Shown: positions 12,280 to 25,141 of the stretch, piece by piece
Layout: each line of letters starts with the position of its first letter
How positions within the stretch are numbered: the stretch's first letter is position 1
DNA from: Blastocladiella emersonii ATCC 22665
Lineage: Eukaryota > Fungi > Blastocladiomycota
Length of the DNA: 64,000 nucleotides
Reading direction: 5' to 3'
Assembly (NCBI GenBank): GCA_025594325.1
Contig: JANHCV010000002.1
Coordinates: forward strand, 2,356,001 to 2,420,000
Made by a program: the position numbers and the translations under genes
The notes under the pieces: model-generated
The model's database searches: none
Told to the model about the DNA's origin: nothing
Seen by the model: the letters and a program-made list of their open reading frames with translations, nothing else

Positions 12280-15200
12280 ACCCCTAACTCGGTGTCCATA
12301 TCGGAAACCTCCCCGTGTCCTCGGTTGTGCTGCGGCTTGTCTGCCATGATTGATACATGTGTTCTGGAGAATCATCCATTGTTGGTCTACTCTGTCTGCT
12401 CACCTCTTTGATTGTCGTGCACCCTCGCTCCGCCCGTTCGTGTCTTGCTCAATGAGTCGTTGACGGCGGCCGTGGTCATCTGTCCCCCTGCTGAAATGAG
12501 CGTCCGAGTCATCCATCTTCGCCGGCGGCGTATCGACCCCGTTTCAGCGTTGAAACGACCTCATCAAAGCTGGTGAGCCGCGCTGATTCGCTCGTTGAAA
12601 ATTGGGTCTCGGGACCTCATTCCTATCAGACCTCAGCGACGTCACCCGCGCGAAGCAGGTCCGCCATGGTCGTGACGACCAAGACGATGATCCAAGACAC
12701 GAGCGACTCGGCCGCGACGTCGCCGACGGCGTCCGCAGCGACGATGGCCAGGACCTCGGATCTGGTGAAGTAGTGGCTTGAGCCGTCGCGCTGCGCCACC
12801 ACGGTCCGCAGCACACGCGCGAGCGCGTCATCCTCACCAGTTGCCGAGTTGGCTGTGTGGCTTCGCTGCGTCTGGAACGGTCCGCAGCGCGAGAGTGTGC
12901 AGCTTTGCTCGTCTATTTCCTCGTCATTCCGCGGCGCAAGGGCCGAGGTGCTGGGCGGGCCACTCGGCCATGGTCGCTGCTGCGGTCGGCCGTGGCACCG
13001 AGTCGGCCCGGTGGCGCGTAGCACCGCGAGGAGGGGGCACCGGCGATGAAGGACTGCGACCTCATTCCTCGCTCTCGTACTTCCGTAAGCTCGGGCGCGT
13101 GGAGGTGGCGAGTGCGAGGTGAGCTGGCGGCGATGACCATGGCCATGCTCGCTAGCCCCAGTCGTTTTCGCTCCTCTCCCTGCTCTATTGCATCAACTCT
13201 GCCGAGACTGGTACGATCCTCACTCTATGCAGTCACTCGGCTGCGCGAACAGCCGCTGAAGCGAATGGAAGAGGGTGGGAGACAGAGCCGGTCGGCGACC
13301 AAGGACGCGTCAAGGCGCGTCGTGCAGCCGCTGCCTCCCTCCTCATACTCCACGATCCATGCCAGCCATGTCTCCAACGAGGTGATACTCGGAGGTCAGT
13401 GCGTTGCTGCTGCCGCCGCCCGCCCGCGTCTCCGTCACTCTCCCCTGCTCGCGGCCGTCATCGTCGTTGAGCTCCCATGCCTGCACTGGATCGCCCCTTC
13501 ATGATACACGTTGCCTAACCGCACGCACACGCACCACTACGACTGGACGCTGCCGCCTGCCGCCCAGCAGTCCCGACACACGCGCGACGAAGAACAGCGC
13601 CGGAACGGAGCGACTCGGACCTCGACCTGAAGCGTCGCGCCGCAAATCCACCGCTCACCCTTGTCCCTCCGGCCCGCTGTGGTTGGCTGGCCTCGCTCCT
13701 CTCGCTCGCTATCCATCCATCGCCGATCACACGTCGCTGGCCGCCGCCGCCGCCGCCGCCGCCGCCGCACCGCCACGAGCGCCGCCATCGTCGTCACTCT
13801 GCCGCCGCGTGTTTCGAGTCGGCGGTGCACAACGCCCAGACATCGCCACATTCGCCGCTCACCTCGACTCACCCGCCTGTACGGCTGGCGCACACGGCCA
13901 ACTTTCACGCGCACGTCCGTCCGCGGAGCAGCGGTCTCCGACGCCGGGCCCGCGCGCTGTCGCCATCTCGCTCGCCGCGGCCACCGTCACGCTCGCGAGC
14001 TTCCTCCTCCCCTCTGCTCGTCCGCGACCTCTCTCCTCGCTGCGGCCGTCCAGTACCACACGCTCGACGGTCCACGGTCTCGGATCCTCGCGCGGATCAA
14101 CTGGTGCGTTGTTCATTTCGCGCCCCGACCACGGCTGGCCGCGGGCGGCAAACTTCATCAAGCGCTCGTTTCCCGCCCTGGATCCTTGGGGGACTCTTGT
14201 CCCGTTCTCCCTCGCGCCCTTGCTTGCCCTCCTCCTCTGCCCCCGCCCTCGCTCCCCTCCTCTCCGCGCCCCGCGGCCCTCCTGATCCGAGGAATAGCGT
14301 TGCAACGGACCAGGGACTGACAAGTATTCCTCACGCGCGCTTCGGTCGGTCCCCCCCCGTCCTCGTTCTCCAGCCTCGTCGCCTCTCGCGTGTGTCCGCG
14401 ATCCGATCGGTACGTCGCTCTCGCTCGTACTCCGCCTCGCCTCCCTCCTCTTCGTCCTCGCTGTCGGCCATCATCCACGACGGTTCCGACACGACACGCG
14501 CGCGCGCTCGCTCGCCCGGTGGCCGGCCAACGCCGGCGCCGTCACCACCTTGCTTGCTCCTCTCGCCCTCCCGCCGCGGGCCTCGGAAGTCGTGCAACAG
14601 TCGCCGCGGAAGAAGGCGGCCGCTGTGGTTCGGGCCTGCGACGGGGCAAGTGGCTTGCGATGCGCCTCATTCATTACGCCTTGCCTCTCTCGTCGCCGGT
14701 CCCCCCAGCACCACGTCGACGTGATCCCCGCCGTGATCCGCCCAACATCGGCGGCACCAGCGACGCCGGCGTATGACGCCCACCGGTCGGCTGCCGCGTT
14801 TCTCCGAGCGCCCTTGTTCGGGCCGGTCGCGGGCCGGCGTGATTGGCCACGGCGCGCGGGCGAGGGCGGGTCCGGCGCCGCCACTGCGCGCCCGTTGTGA
14901 TCGGGCGCTTCCCTCCTCTCCTCTCGTTCCCTCGCCGCCTCCTTCTCTTGTGTGAGTGATCCGCTGCAGCCGGACTAACGTGTTCAACACGCTCTCCGGT
15001 CGTTAGCTCCACGGCACCCGACGTCTCGCGCACGCGCCACGCCACGGCGGAGGCGCAGCACCACGGGGCGAGGCGCCACACGCGATATCCGCGCATCTGG
15101 TACGTCGCGTCGCGTCGTGTCTCCTGCTCCCCCTCCCTCCTCGCTCGCCCTCCTCGCGCCGTCGCGGGTCGGTCGACCGACGCGCTAGACTCCAAGTCGG

Positions 15201-15558
15201 GAAAGAGGGCCTCCAATTGGCCTTCTCTTCCGGCGCCCGTGGCCCACGCTGGCCACGGCCCTGGCGGGCGGGCCGAGCAGAGCAGCACGTGGGCGTGCAA
15301 CAACCCCCCGAATGCAAGGCAAAACTTCATTTGTGGGGGCGCCGCCGCTCGCCGCCGCCGCCGCCATCGGTGTGCGGTGCCGCCACGGCCGTGGTCGGGG
15401 GCCCGCGTCGCGTCATGGCCCGCGCGGGGCCACCGCGCTCCCACCCTCCCGCTCCTTGTCGTCCTGGGAACTTGCCCTGAATCTAGACTGACCGACCGCT
15501 CGACCGCCGCTATGCCAGCTTCCTCTCTTCTCTCTCTAGACGGATCGCACTGTAAACC

Positions 15559-18500
15559 ATGAACCAGACGCCGGGACCATCGGCCAACCCGTTCGCGGCC
15601 GCCGGACCTGCACCTGCGGCCACCGGCAACGGCGGCGTGGATCATGGGTCCCATCACCACCACCACGACCACGGCCACGGCCACGGCCACTACGCCTACG
15701 CCGACCCGTACGGTCAGTACGCGCAGCCGCCGGCGCACCAGCAGCAGCAGCAGCAGCAGTACTCGTACCAGCAGCAGCAGCAGCAGCAGCACTATGCCGC
15801 CGACCCGCAGCAGCAGCCGTTCCACTACGACCCGGCCTCGGTCGCCTACGAGCAGCAGCCGGCCTACTCGCAGCAGCCGCTAGAGCAGCCGGCAATGGGC
15901 TTTGCGTACGGCGGCGGCTCCGAGTACGGCCACTACCAGCAGCAGCACGACCCGGCCGTGCACCTGCCGCTGTCCGAGCCGTACGCCGCGTCGTCGGGCT
16001 ACTACCCCGCCGAGCCGCCATCCGCCTCGTCCGCTGCGTACCACGCGCCGCGCCAGATGCCGCCCGTCGCGCTCCCGCCGCCGTCCTCGTCGTCCTACAA
16101 CGACTACGCGCCGGTCCAACCGCAGCAGTCGCCGTACGGGACCCCCGGCAACACGCCGAGCCCGCACCACGGGCACCATCCTCCCTCGTACCCGCAATCG
16201 CAGCAACAGCCGACCCATCATCACCACAACCCGCACCACGCGCACCTGTACCAGTCGGGCCAGTTCGCGCCTCAGCACCCGCAGCAGCAGCACCACGCGT
16301 CCAGCGGCGGTCCCGCGCCGACCATCGCGAGCCGCCGCCGGAGCATCTCGGCGCCGTCGGCCCTCGACACGGCGCTCGCCAACATGGCCGCCGCGCCCGC
16401 TCTCGCCCAGCAGCAGCAGCACCCGGCGCAGACGCAGCTCGTGCACGGGATCCCGACCGCCGTCAGTAACAGCGGCGGCGACGCGTACGCCGCGCACCAC
16501 CACCAGCAGAACCAGTACCCGCTCGAGGCCAACGCGATCCTCGGTGTCGGCGGCCGCGGCGGCCCGTTCAGCGGCGGTGCATCCGTGACGATCCCGAGTA
16601 ACTCGATCTCGCCGCCGCCGCCGCCCGCGTCGATGCTCGTCGGCCACGCGGCGCTGAACGGGGGCGGCGTCCCCGTCGCAACGTCGGGCCCGAGTCCACC
16701 GCGCGCCGCCATCGCCGCTGCGCTCGCGTCGACGCCGACGCCCTCGTCATCGGCGGGCTACGGCCGCGCGGTCCCGCTCGGGTTCGGCCCCGCCGAGGGC
16801 CTAGTCCTGAAAACGGGCATGGCCGAGAAGCCCCCGTACCCGCTATCGACGGTGATCGCGTACGGGATCGCCACCTCAACAACGCGGCGGCTGACGCTGG
16901 CCGAGATCTACGAGTGGATGCTCGCCACGTTCCCGTACTACCGCACCGCGACCACCAACTGGCGCAACACGGTGCGCCACACGCTGTCGATGAACAAGGC
17001 GTTTGTCAAGATCGAGAAGTCCATCAACGAGTACGGCAAGGGGTGCTACTGGTCCGTCGACCCGAACCTCGCCGACAAGGTGCTCAAGCGCGCGCGCCGG
17101 TCCTCGGACCCGTACCGCGGCACCGCCGGGTCGACCGGCGGGATCGGGTCGCCCGTCCGCGAGCGCAGGTACCGCGCGACGTCCAAGCAGCAGCAGGCCG
17201 CGATCGTCAATGACGCGACCGAGGCGGCTGCTGCTGCTGCTGCGGCGGCCGCGGGGTCGAGCGGTGGCGGGTCCTTCACCACTGCGGCTGCCTCCTCGTC
17301 GTCGAGTACCAGCAAGTCCAAGGCGCCGTCCCGCGGCACCCCGCTGCGCCAGATGATCCGCCGGCCGTCCGAGAACCCCAACGATACCATTGCGGCGGCC
17401 ACTGCGGCCGCAGTCGCAGCGGCAGCCGCCACGGCAGCCTCGGGGTCGGCGCCGAACCTCGCATACGACCAGCAGATGTACTCGCAGCCGGGCTCGGTGC
17501 ACTCGGCCACCAACTCGTCCGCGTCGCCGCAGCCCAGCGGCGGCTTCCCGCCCCAGCATCCGCACTCGCAGTCGCTGCCGCGACACAACTCGCAGTCCCT
17601 GCCGCGCCAGCAGCCCTACTCGTCGTCGTCGCTGCCGCGGCCGGGCACCGGCGGGCTGTCTGCGGGCACGTCCCACGAGGAGCTCCTGCAGCATCACCAC
17701 ATGCTCGCGTACCGGTCGTCGACCGCCTCGTCGTTCTCCGGCAGCTACCCGGGCACCGCGTCGGGGAGCCTGTCGACGTCCACCTCGTTCGACTCGCTCG
17801 CGTCCATGGGCTCGTCGTCGTCGGTCGTCTCGGGCCACATCGTCATGGGCGACGGCCGCGTCGGCGCCGCCGACCCGCTGCTCGGCGCCGACTTTGAGCG
17901 GCTGTTCGCCGACGCCGAGTTCATCCCGCACGCCGCCGACGTGCTCACGGCCACGTCGGGGAGTACCGGCGCGTCGACGTTCGTCTCGGCTCCCGGTACC
18001 GCCGCGGCGTCGACCCCCACGTGGCTCACGACATCCGCCCCGCCGTCCGCGTTCAACGTCGCGGCCGCGTCGGGGATCGCGCTCGACCCGCTCCCCGCGT
18101 TCCCCATGTCGTCGTCGATGGCGGGCACGGGCACGGGCACCGCCAACGGCGTCGTGTCCAGCGTGCCGATGCACTTTGACGCGGCGGCGGCCGCCGCGAT
18201 GCCGACGTGGGCGGCGCCCGACGCGTACCTGACCACGGCGGCGGGCGCCGCGCCGACGAGCTCGGCCGCCATGTCGCTCGGACTGTGGCCCGCGGACGGG
18301 ACCAGTAGCAGCAATTCCGGATACCCGCTGCTTCCCTCCTCGACGACGCCCGACCGCACCGGGGACAGTCTCCTGTTCGCCTCGGCGGCTGCCGCGCCGA
18401 GTACCGTCACGTCGCTCCCGCCGCTCGACCTGCACACGCACTCGCACTCGCCGCCCGCCGGGTACCTCTCGCTGCAGCCGTCGACGGCGCTCCCGCCAGC

Positions 18501-18630
18501 GGGCGCTGTTGCTGCTGCTGCTGCTGCTGCATCGGGTCCCGGCAACCCGGCCTCGGCGTTCCCGACGACGGGTCCCGGCAGCGTGCCCGACTGGGCGGCG
18601 ACGGCGGGCGATGTGGGTCAGCGGCCATGA
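15559..18630 (+). CDS. Forkhead-box transcription factor, 1023 aa, with long Q/H/A/S-rich disordered arms
   Basis: Forkhead domain KPPYPLSTVIAYGI...LTLAEIYEWMLATFPYY...NWRNTVRHTLSMNKAFVK...GKGCYWSVDP; single uninterrupted ORF. Confidence 0.92.
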   Translation: MNQTPGPSANPFAAAGPAPAATGNGGVDHGSHHHHHDHGHGHGHYAYADPYGQYAQPPAHQQQQQQQYSYQQQQQQQHYAADPQQQPFHYDPASVAYEQQPAYSQQPLEQPAMGFAYGGGSEYGHYQQQHDPAVHLPLSEPYAASSGYYPAEPPSASSAAYHAPRQMPPVALPPPSSSSYNDYAPVQPQQSPYGTPGNTPSPHHGHHPPSYPQSQQQPTHHHHNPHHAHLYQSGQFAPQHPQQQHHASSGGPAPTIASRRRSISAPSALDTALANMAAAPALAQQQQHPAQTQLVHGIPTAVSNSGGDAYAAHHHQQNQYPLEANAILGVGGRGGPFSGGASVTIPSNSISPPPPPASMLVGHAALNGGGVPVATSGPSPPRAAIAAALASTPTPSSSAGYGRAVPLGFGPAEGLVLKTGMAEKPPYPLSTVIAYGIATSTTRRLTLAEIYEWMLATFPYYRTATTNWRNTVRHTLSMNKAFVKIEKSINEYGKGCYWSVDPNLADKVLKRARRSSDPYRGTAGSTGGIGSPVRERRYRATSKQQQAAIVNDATEAAAAAAAAAAGSSGGGSFTTAAASSSSSTSKSKAPSRGTPLRQMIRRPSENPNDTIAAATAAAVAAAAATAASGSAPNLAYDQQMYSQPGSVHSATNSSASPQPSGGFPPQHPHSQSLPRHNSQSLPRQQPYSSSSLPRPGTGGLSAGTSHEELLQHHHMLAYRSSTASSFSGSYPGTASGSLSTSTSFDSLASMGSSSSVVSGHIVMGDGRVGAADPLLGADFERLFADAEFIPHAADVLTATSGSTGASTFVSAPGTAAASTPTWLTTSAPPSAFNVAAASGIALDPLPAFPMSSSMAGTGTGTANGVVSSVPMHFDAAAAAAMPTWAAPDAYLTTAAGAAPTSSAAMSLGLWPADGTSSSNSGYPLLPSSTTPDRTGDSLLFASAAAAPSTVTSLPPLDLHTHSHSPPAGYLSLQPSTALPPAGAVAAAAAAASGPGNPASAFPTTGPGSVPDWAATAGDVGQRP

Positions 18631-18826
18631 CCTCGGTCCGGCTGGCGTGCGGCTCCCTCCTCCCCTCCCCTCCCTCCCTCCCCTCGCGTGTGTGTGTGGC
18701 TCTTGCGAGAGAGCAAGAATCGTGGAATAGAAAGCGTGTAAGATGTTGGCGTGAAACAAACCCTGGCCTCGTTAGATATGTACAAAGAGTAAAACTCGTC
18801 GCGCACCACCGCGCGACAACAACAAC

Positions 18827-19649
18827 TCAGGCGCCGAGCTGCGCCTCCTTGCTCGTCAGCGGCACGTACCGGACGCCCAGCAGCTCCTTTGACGTGACGT
18901 TGCCGTGCACGTCCTTGTCGACCTGGACCAGCTCCTGGAACCCGTGCTGCGGGCCGACGGGAATGATCATGCGGCCCGGGCGCGCGAGCTGCGCGACTAG
19001 GTCCGCCGGGATCTCGGGCGCTGCGGCGCCGACGTGGCTACATGCGGGCGGGGAGAGTCAGCAACGATGCATCGCGAGCTTTCCCCGAGAAATGAAGCGT
19101 ACATGGCGTGGTACGGCGCGTGCTCGGGGAACCCCTTGCGCCCGTCGGCCATGATACACACGGCTTGCCCCGTCCGGAGCACGTCCGGGTTCCACGCCTC
19201 GAGGTGCGCGCGGCCCATGGCCACGAGCTCGGGGATGTGCTCGATCCCGACCACGACGCCCGTCGGGCCCACCATCTGCGCCATGCACGCGACCAGGTAC
19301 CCGCTGCCGGACCCCACGTCGAGCGCGTGCGCGCCCTCGTGCAGGTACGGCTCCAGCAGGTCCAGCGCGTGCGCGTGCATGTGCGGCGCCGAAATCGTCG
19401 CCGCGTACCCGATGCCCAGCGGGTTGTCCTCGTACGCGTGCGCGAGCTTGGCCCGCGGGACGAACAGCGCGCGGTCCACCGACGACATGACGTGCTCGAC
19501 GCGCGACGTCTTGATGATGCCGCCCTCTACCGACGATGACGGGAGGTGAGTTGTGCTGGTTGCTGCGGGCCGGTGCGCGAGGGCGACGGCGTACGGGCGA
19601 GGTTCTTGACCAGGCCGGCGTTGGTCTTGGACCCAAAGTGGTAATACAT
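18827..19649 (-). CDS. PCM1: Protein-L-isoaspartate O-methyltransferase (229 aa)
   Basis: Exons 19649-19595, 19526-19103, 19037-18827 (690 nt). Motifs [35 protein letters not shown]...APYHAI|[14 protein letters not shown]. Confidence 0.93.
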
Positions 19650-20099
19650 GGTTTGAGAGCGGTTTGGTGAGGCTGGAGAGCGAGGGCGGTCGGTGCGGCC
19701 GGCGCAACGTTTTGCCGCTGAGCGGTCGGCCGGCCGACGACCAACGCGAAAACGCGTGCCCAACGCGCGCCGATCGCTTCACGTGAGCTCCGCTTTCTTG
19801 TCTCTCCCCGTCTCTGCTGGCAACCCCTGCCGCGGAAACGCTTCGGGACTTGATGCAACGACACTAAACGAAGCTTATGGACTGGTCACACGGCATTTGA
19901 GCTATTTTATTGCGCGAGGCTGCTTATCGGGTCGCTGCCTCGGCCACCGCTGGACTCGGCTCTCATCCAGCGGCAACATAACAGGTGTGGGTCAGTAGTT
20001 GAGCGGAAGAAACCTTGCCCGGGTCAGTAGGTCAATCTTCCGCGGAAGGTCGACAATGCGTCGAAGGCGCGACACCACCGATTTGTGGCGGCCCGCGGG

Positions 20100-20349
20100 G
20101 GATCCGGATCTGGTCGTCAGGCCGGGCTCCACGAGGGCCCGTTGGCGCGCCACGTTCGCACTTGGCTTCAAGGACGGCAAGCTCGCCATGGTCCCAAACA
20201 TTGAGCTCGAGTCGATTGTCGGCGTCAAGCTCGCTTATTACACGCCGCCCGCCGTCCAGACCGACGTCAAGTCCGACCCCACCTCCGTGCTCGCAGCGCC
20301 CAGCCCGACTGGTTACACGTATGCCGGTGCGAGCACTTCGGGTGATTGA
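20100..20349 (+). pseudogene. Relic fragment paralogous to the gene at 30208-32289
   Basis: FALGFKDGKLAMVPNIELESIVGVKLAYY versus FAFGIKDGKLAMVPVTEPESLIGVKLAYH. 28 identical nt at 20168-20195 and 30743-30770. Confidence 0.7.
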
Positions 20350-21326
20350 TCTTCGTTCGTTGAGCGGACCGTGTTAATTATACCCCGTATTCCAACCCTC
20401 CTCTTTGAACCATGACTTTTCGTGATGTTTTTCTCCTTCAGCCGCTCTCGACACCGCTCGCAATGCACCAAGTGCTGGCGGCGATTGCTCCGTCGCGCGC
20501 CCTGTCAAGCGCATGCGGACGACCCGCGCGTTATCTGCCTTTCGTCATTCATCGGCGAAGTTGAGGCCGCGTGAATAAACGAATCCGCAGCTCATAATAA
20601 ATTGCTTATAAATCTCTCCGCAGCTATGCGTGGTCTATCAGCGCAGCGCGCTTCGCGTCACAATCGGCCGCGCAAGCACAGAGTTTGCAGCTTGCAGCTT
20701 GCGGCACCCGGCCCCAAGTGCCGAAAACAACTTATTTTCATGATGGCGAGGCGGACAAAAAGGAGACAATTGAGTGACGCCGTTTGGGGTTCATGTCCGC
20801 GGCTTCGAAACACGCGTCGTTCATGCGCACGTGACCCACGACAACCCTCCTCAAGTATATTCCGTGCACAACTGACTGGGGAGACTTAAAGCTTGAATCG
20901 GGTCGGAAGTCGACGTGATCGCTGGGTCGCGTCGCGTCGCGTCTCAGCTGTCACGCAGAAGTCACGCGGCCACCGCGAGCCAGTTTTGGAAGCTCATGAA
21001 TGCTACGGTCGACGGGAAGGGAAGGGCGTCACTGTAATTTGTGCATTTTATGGCCCAGCTGGTGGTATGCGAGGACCGCGACCGCGAGGGATGAACGTGG
21101 CCGGCGGCAAGCCCGCTTGCTGGCGTCAGGCCACCATGACAACGCATCACGTGCGCGTGAACAACGCGTCTTCGAGAGCGCTCGGCACTCCTGAAGCGAG
21201 CCCTCCACGTCGATTACGACCGTAATATATTGAACACTCGTGAATAGCGACGATCAAGAAAGCGAATGACAGGAAAACAATAGGGTACGACCAAGCGAGA
21301 TGTATTTAACGCACGGGACATCATCA

Positions 21327-24300
21327 TCAATGCTCGGGCGTGATACAAGCCTCCATCTCGGCGTAACACGCTGCGAGAGCCTCCTCGTTATCGATGGCAG
21401 CCAGCATCTCAGTGCGTGCCGCGAGCTCGCGCGCCGGGTTATCCACACTGCGCGCTGACGCGAGGTACATGCTGACCTTGTGCATCGACCTGGCCTCGCC
21501 GCCGTACCCGTACAGCGCAAACAGCGCGAGCCGCGCGAACGCGCGCTTGGCGCGCGGGTCCTGGTTCTTGGCCTCGTGGTAGTGCGCGCGGGCGCGGCGC
21601 AGCAGACCTTCCGAGAGATGCACGTCGCCCTCGTCGGCCGCGATCTGTGCGCGCTCGAACAGCACGTCGCCGAGGCCGCAGTCGACGCGCGCAATCTCGT
21701 GCGGTTCGAGGAGCGCGCGGGTGCTCGGGTCGGCGAGCGCGACCTGCGCGAGCTCGTACTGCTCGGCGGCGGACGCGAGCACCTCGTCGCGCGACCGCAC
21801 CGTTGTTGGGTCCTCGACGAGCTGGAAGTAGAGCAGGTCGCCGAGCCCCACGTGCGCGTACACGGCGCCCTGCTTGGCGGCCATGTGGTACAGGCGCATG
21901 GCGACGCGCCACGACTCGGGCGTCCGTGGCACCGCGCCATAGTAGACGAGGTCCGCCGCGGTCACGTACGCCATGGGCTGGTGGCCCGACTGCCCGATCT
22001 CGAGCAGCTTCTGGAACACGTCGTGCACGTCGTAGTTGGGCTGCGTCACCAGCCGGTGCCGCGAGTCGCGGATCGTCGCGCGCGCGGCAAAGTACTTGCG
22101 CGTCGCCTCGTCGACCGACATGGTCCCGAGTTGCGCCGTGCTCGACGACGCCGCGGGCGTGCTGCGGGCAAGCGCCTCGAACGCGATCACCGACTCGTCG
22201 TTGCCGCCCGCCGCGTCCATGACCATGAGCGCCGATCCGGGCTTGACCTCGAGCGCCTGGCGGTACTTGGACTGCGCGAGCTGCAGGGCCTCGATCAACT
22301 CGGGGAACGTGAGCGACGGCGCGTTGCCCGCCAGGTGCTGCTCGATGCGGCGGTGCAGCGCGCGCAACAGGTTGCCCGCCAAGTGGCCAAACGCGCCGCC
22401 GTGCGCAGGACCGAGGTGGCCGTCGAGGACCGCGTGCTGGATGAACTTGATGAGCGCGTTGAAGTTGGCGTTCCGCACCTCCGACGTGTCGTTCTGCGCC
22501 GTGAGCGACGCGGGCGACGCGTCGGTGGCGTTCATGACGAGACCCGGCGGCACGAGCTTGGTCGTGGCGTGACCCAGCACGTTGCGCGTGAACACAACGT
22601 GGTCAGAGTCAAACGGCTGCGCGACCGCGTCCCCGGAACAATCGAGGAGCACACCGTGGATCACCTGCGCGGCGCGCACCAGGTCCTCGGCGGCGGCGAG
22701 CTTGGACTGCAGGTCGAGCTCGTCAAACACGACGTGCGGGTTGAACCGCTCGACGACCACGGCCCAGTCGCCGCGTGTTGCGGGCGTGGGCGGGAGCACG
22801 CCGTACACGCGAAGCACGTTGGCGGACGCGCACGCGTGGAGGCCCGCGAGGTTGATGATGGCCGCTGGCGCGACGTTGGCGGGGACCCGAACAATGACGA
22901 CGGGCTTGACCTCGAACAGCGTCGCGTTGCCCCACGGGATCGCGCGCGTGGCGGCCGCGCCGACGTCGCCCCACGTCAGCCCTGCGAGCGACGCCAGCGT
23001 GTCGTTGGAACGATCGTCAAGCGCACGACCGAGCGTGTCAAAGTACTCGAGCTGCGCGGTGAAGGCGCGCTGCGCCTTGGCCGTGCACGACTCGACGTCA
23101 TGCGGGGTCCACGTCGCTTGCCGCGCGGCCTCGGCGGGCAGACCGAGCGCGACCGCGGCGGCGACCACGACGTCCTGCAGCTTGCTGAATCGTGCGGTGA
23201 AGTCGGTGGCGAGTCTCGAAGCCGTGTCGTTGTCGAGCGAGGCCGGCTCCGCGGTCACCGTGTAGCAGTTTTTGAGCGCCTTCTCCACGTTCATGAGGGC
23301 GTGGATGAACGTCGCGTACTTGGGCGGCAGCGCGTTCGTCACGGCCGGGCTCAGCCCCGCGCCATTTAGGCGCCCCTCGAGCTCGGGCATGATGTTCCAC
23401 GCGGCGGGCGCCTTGAGCCCGTTGACGGCGCAGAGCGCGAGGACATGCGCGCGGCGGGCTGCGGACTCGAAGATGTTGCACCGCCTGGCGAGGTCGGCGA
23501 TGCGGTTGATGCGCCAGTTGGCGGGGCGGACCCACGAGTAGGCGCGCCACCCAAGCAGCACGTTGGCGCGGGTCCGACCCTGGGCGACAAGGACGTCGGG
23601 AAACAGCGCGTTGAGGGCGTGCACGCTGACATGGTCGGCGGACAGCTTGCTCGTGTACCCGAGGTCGGCGAGCGTGATGAGGGCGTTGTCCTCGCGGTCC
23701 ACGAGGTCGATCCAGCCGTCAATTGGGTCGGCGCGCTTGGCCTTCTCGGGGTTGGCGTCCCGCTGCTCCTTGAACATGAGAAGGAAACTGCCGACCGTGC
23801 ACGTCATGCCGCCCGGCTTGCCGACAATGGTGTCCCACAGCGACGCCACCTCGGGGTTCTTGATGTCGGCCCAGAACCCGGCGCGGAAGTTGATCTTCTC
23901 GACCACGGCGAGCAGCTCGGCGAGCTCCTTGCCCATAACGACGTCCCGCTCGCAGAGGTCGCGGGCGAGGTTGAAGATCTCCTCGAGGCGGTTGCCCGTG
24001 TCCTTGAGCGCGGCGTTCTGGATGGCCAGCGCGCCCTTGAGCTTGCGGATGCGCTCGTCCTGGTTGTTGAGGAGCGCCGCCATGGACGAGGTGATGTGCG
24101 CGTGCAGCTGGGCCTGGGCCGACGTGATGGTCTGTATCCATGGCGTGGAAGGCAAGTGAGTGAGTGAAGCGGTCGTTCTACTCGAGTGTGAGCAGGCAGC
24201 TGGCGCACCGCGTTGATCTGGCCGAGTTCAAACTTGAAGCCCGCGGTGCTGGTGGCCATCATGCGCAGGCTGCTCGACTGGTCGATGCGCTCGAGGACGG

Positions 24301-24877
24301 CGGTGGCGTTGCTGACCTTCTCCTCGATTGTGCGGATGAGCTTAACGATCTCGCTGCGCTGCACGGCGCCGATCAGGTCGACGATCGTGCGGTCGGCGTA
24401 AACGTCGAGCACAATGGTGGACAGCTCGATCAGGTCGATGGCGCGGCGCTCGATCTCGTTGGCCAGGTCGAGCGTCGTGGCAAACTGCTCGTAGAGCCGG
24501 TTCCACAGCTTGACGTACGGGCCGAACGCCGCCGTGACCGCGTTCTTGGGCGAGAACGGCCCGCAGATGAGCGACAGCGTCAGGTCCGTCATGGCGAGCC
24601 CGGCCTTGATGCCGCTGTGGTTCAGGCCATCGTGGAGGTGCGCGTGAAACGTCGCCCGCTGCTTGCGCTGCTCGCGGAGGGCCCGCGCGTCCTTGGAGTC
24701 GAGCTTCTCGAACGTGGTCGCGACGTTGGCCAACGTTTCCTCGCGCAGCACCTGGTACGGCACCGCCGAGCTCGCGGCCAGCTCTCCGCTGGCGGCGGTC
24801 GCCACGAGCGCGCCCGAGGGCTTGGCCGCGTCGAGCGCCGTCGCCGTCGTCGTCTTCGTCACGGGAGCGTATTTCAT
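21327..24877 (-). CDS. Helical N-terminus / EF-like domain / TKL-type pseudokinase / Sel1-like repeat protein A (~1157 aa)
   Basis: Exons 24877-24209 and 24131-21327 (77-nt GTGCGC..CAG intron). Kinase-like segment VLRVYGV..WAVVVE..LQSKLAAAEDLVRAAQVIH lacks HRD and DFG. Sel1-like ADLVYYG..AMRLYHMAAKQGAVYAHVGLGDL. Confidence 0.75.
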
Positions 24878-25141
24878 AGTGTCGATGCGTAGTGTGATCC
24901 AACAGGGAGATGGAGGCGAGTAGGTCGCCTTCAAGTGGTTCTGTGCACCGCGCTCGGTGTCCGCACGGTAAAGGCGAGCTTGCACTGTTCACTCTGTGCA
25001 AACTGTTCGCTGATGCGGGCATGATGGCGGGCACGCAGTGGCGTTGCTCAAATCAGCTGCCGCCCAAGCTGCTGCAGCGAGGCGCTCGAGTCGAGCGGTC
25101 GACCCTTGCTCTTCTTCCCTCCACGAAAGCACACACGACCC

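Noticed and set aside
12300-15558. Protein-coding gene between RPS1 and the forkhead gene
   Set aside because: Only short or low-complexity ORFs without motifs or consistent codon bias. More likely the forkhead gene's long regulatory/5' region, with a (GCC)n tract at ~13740-13767.
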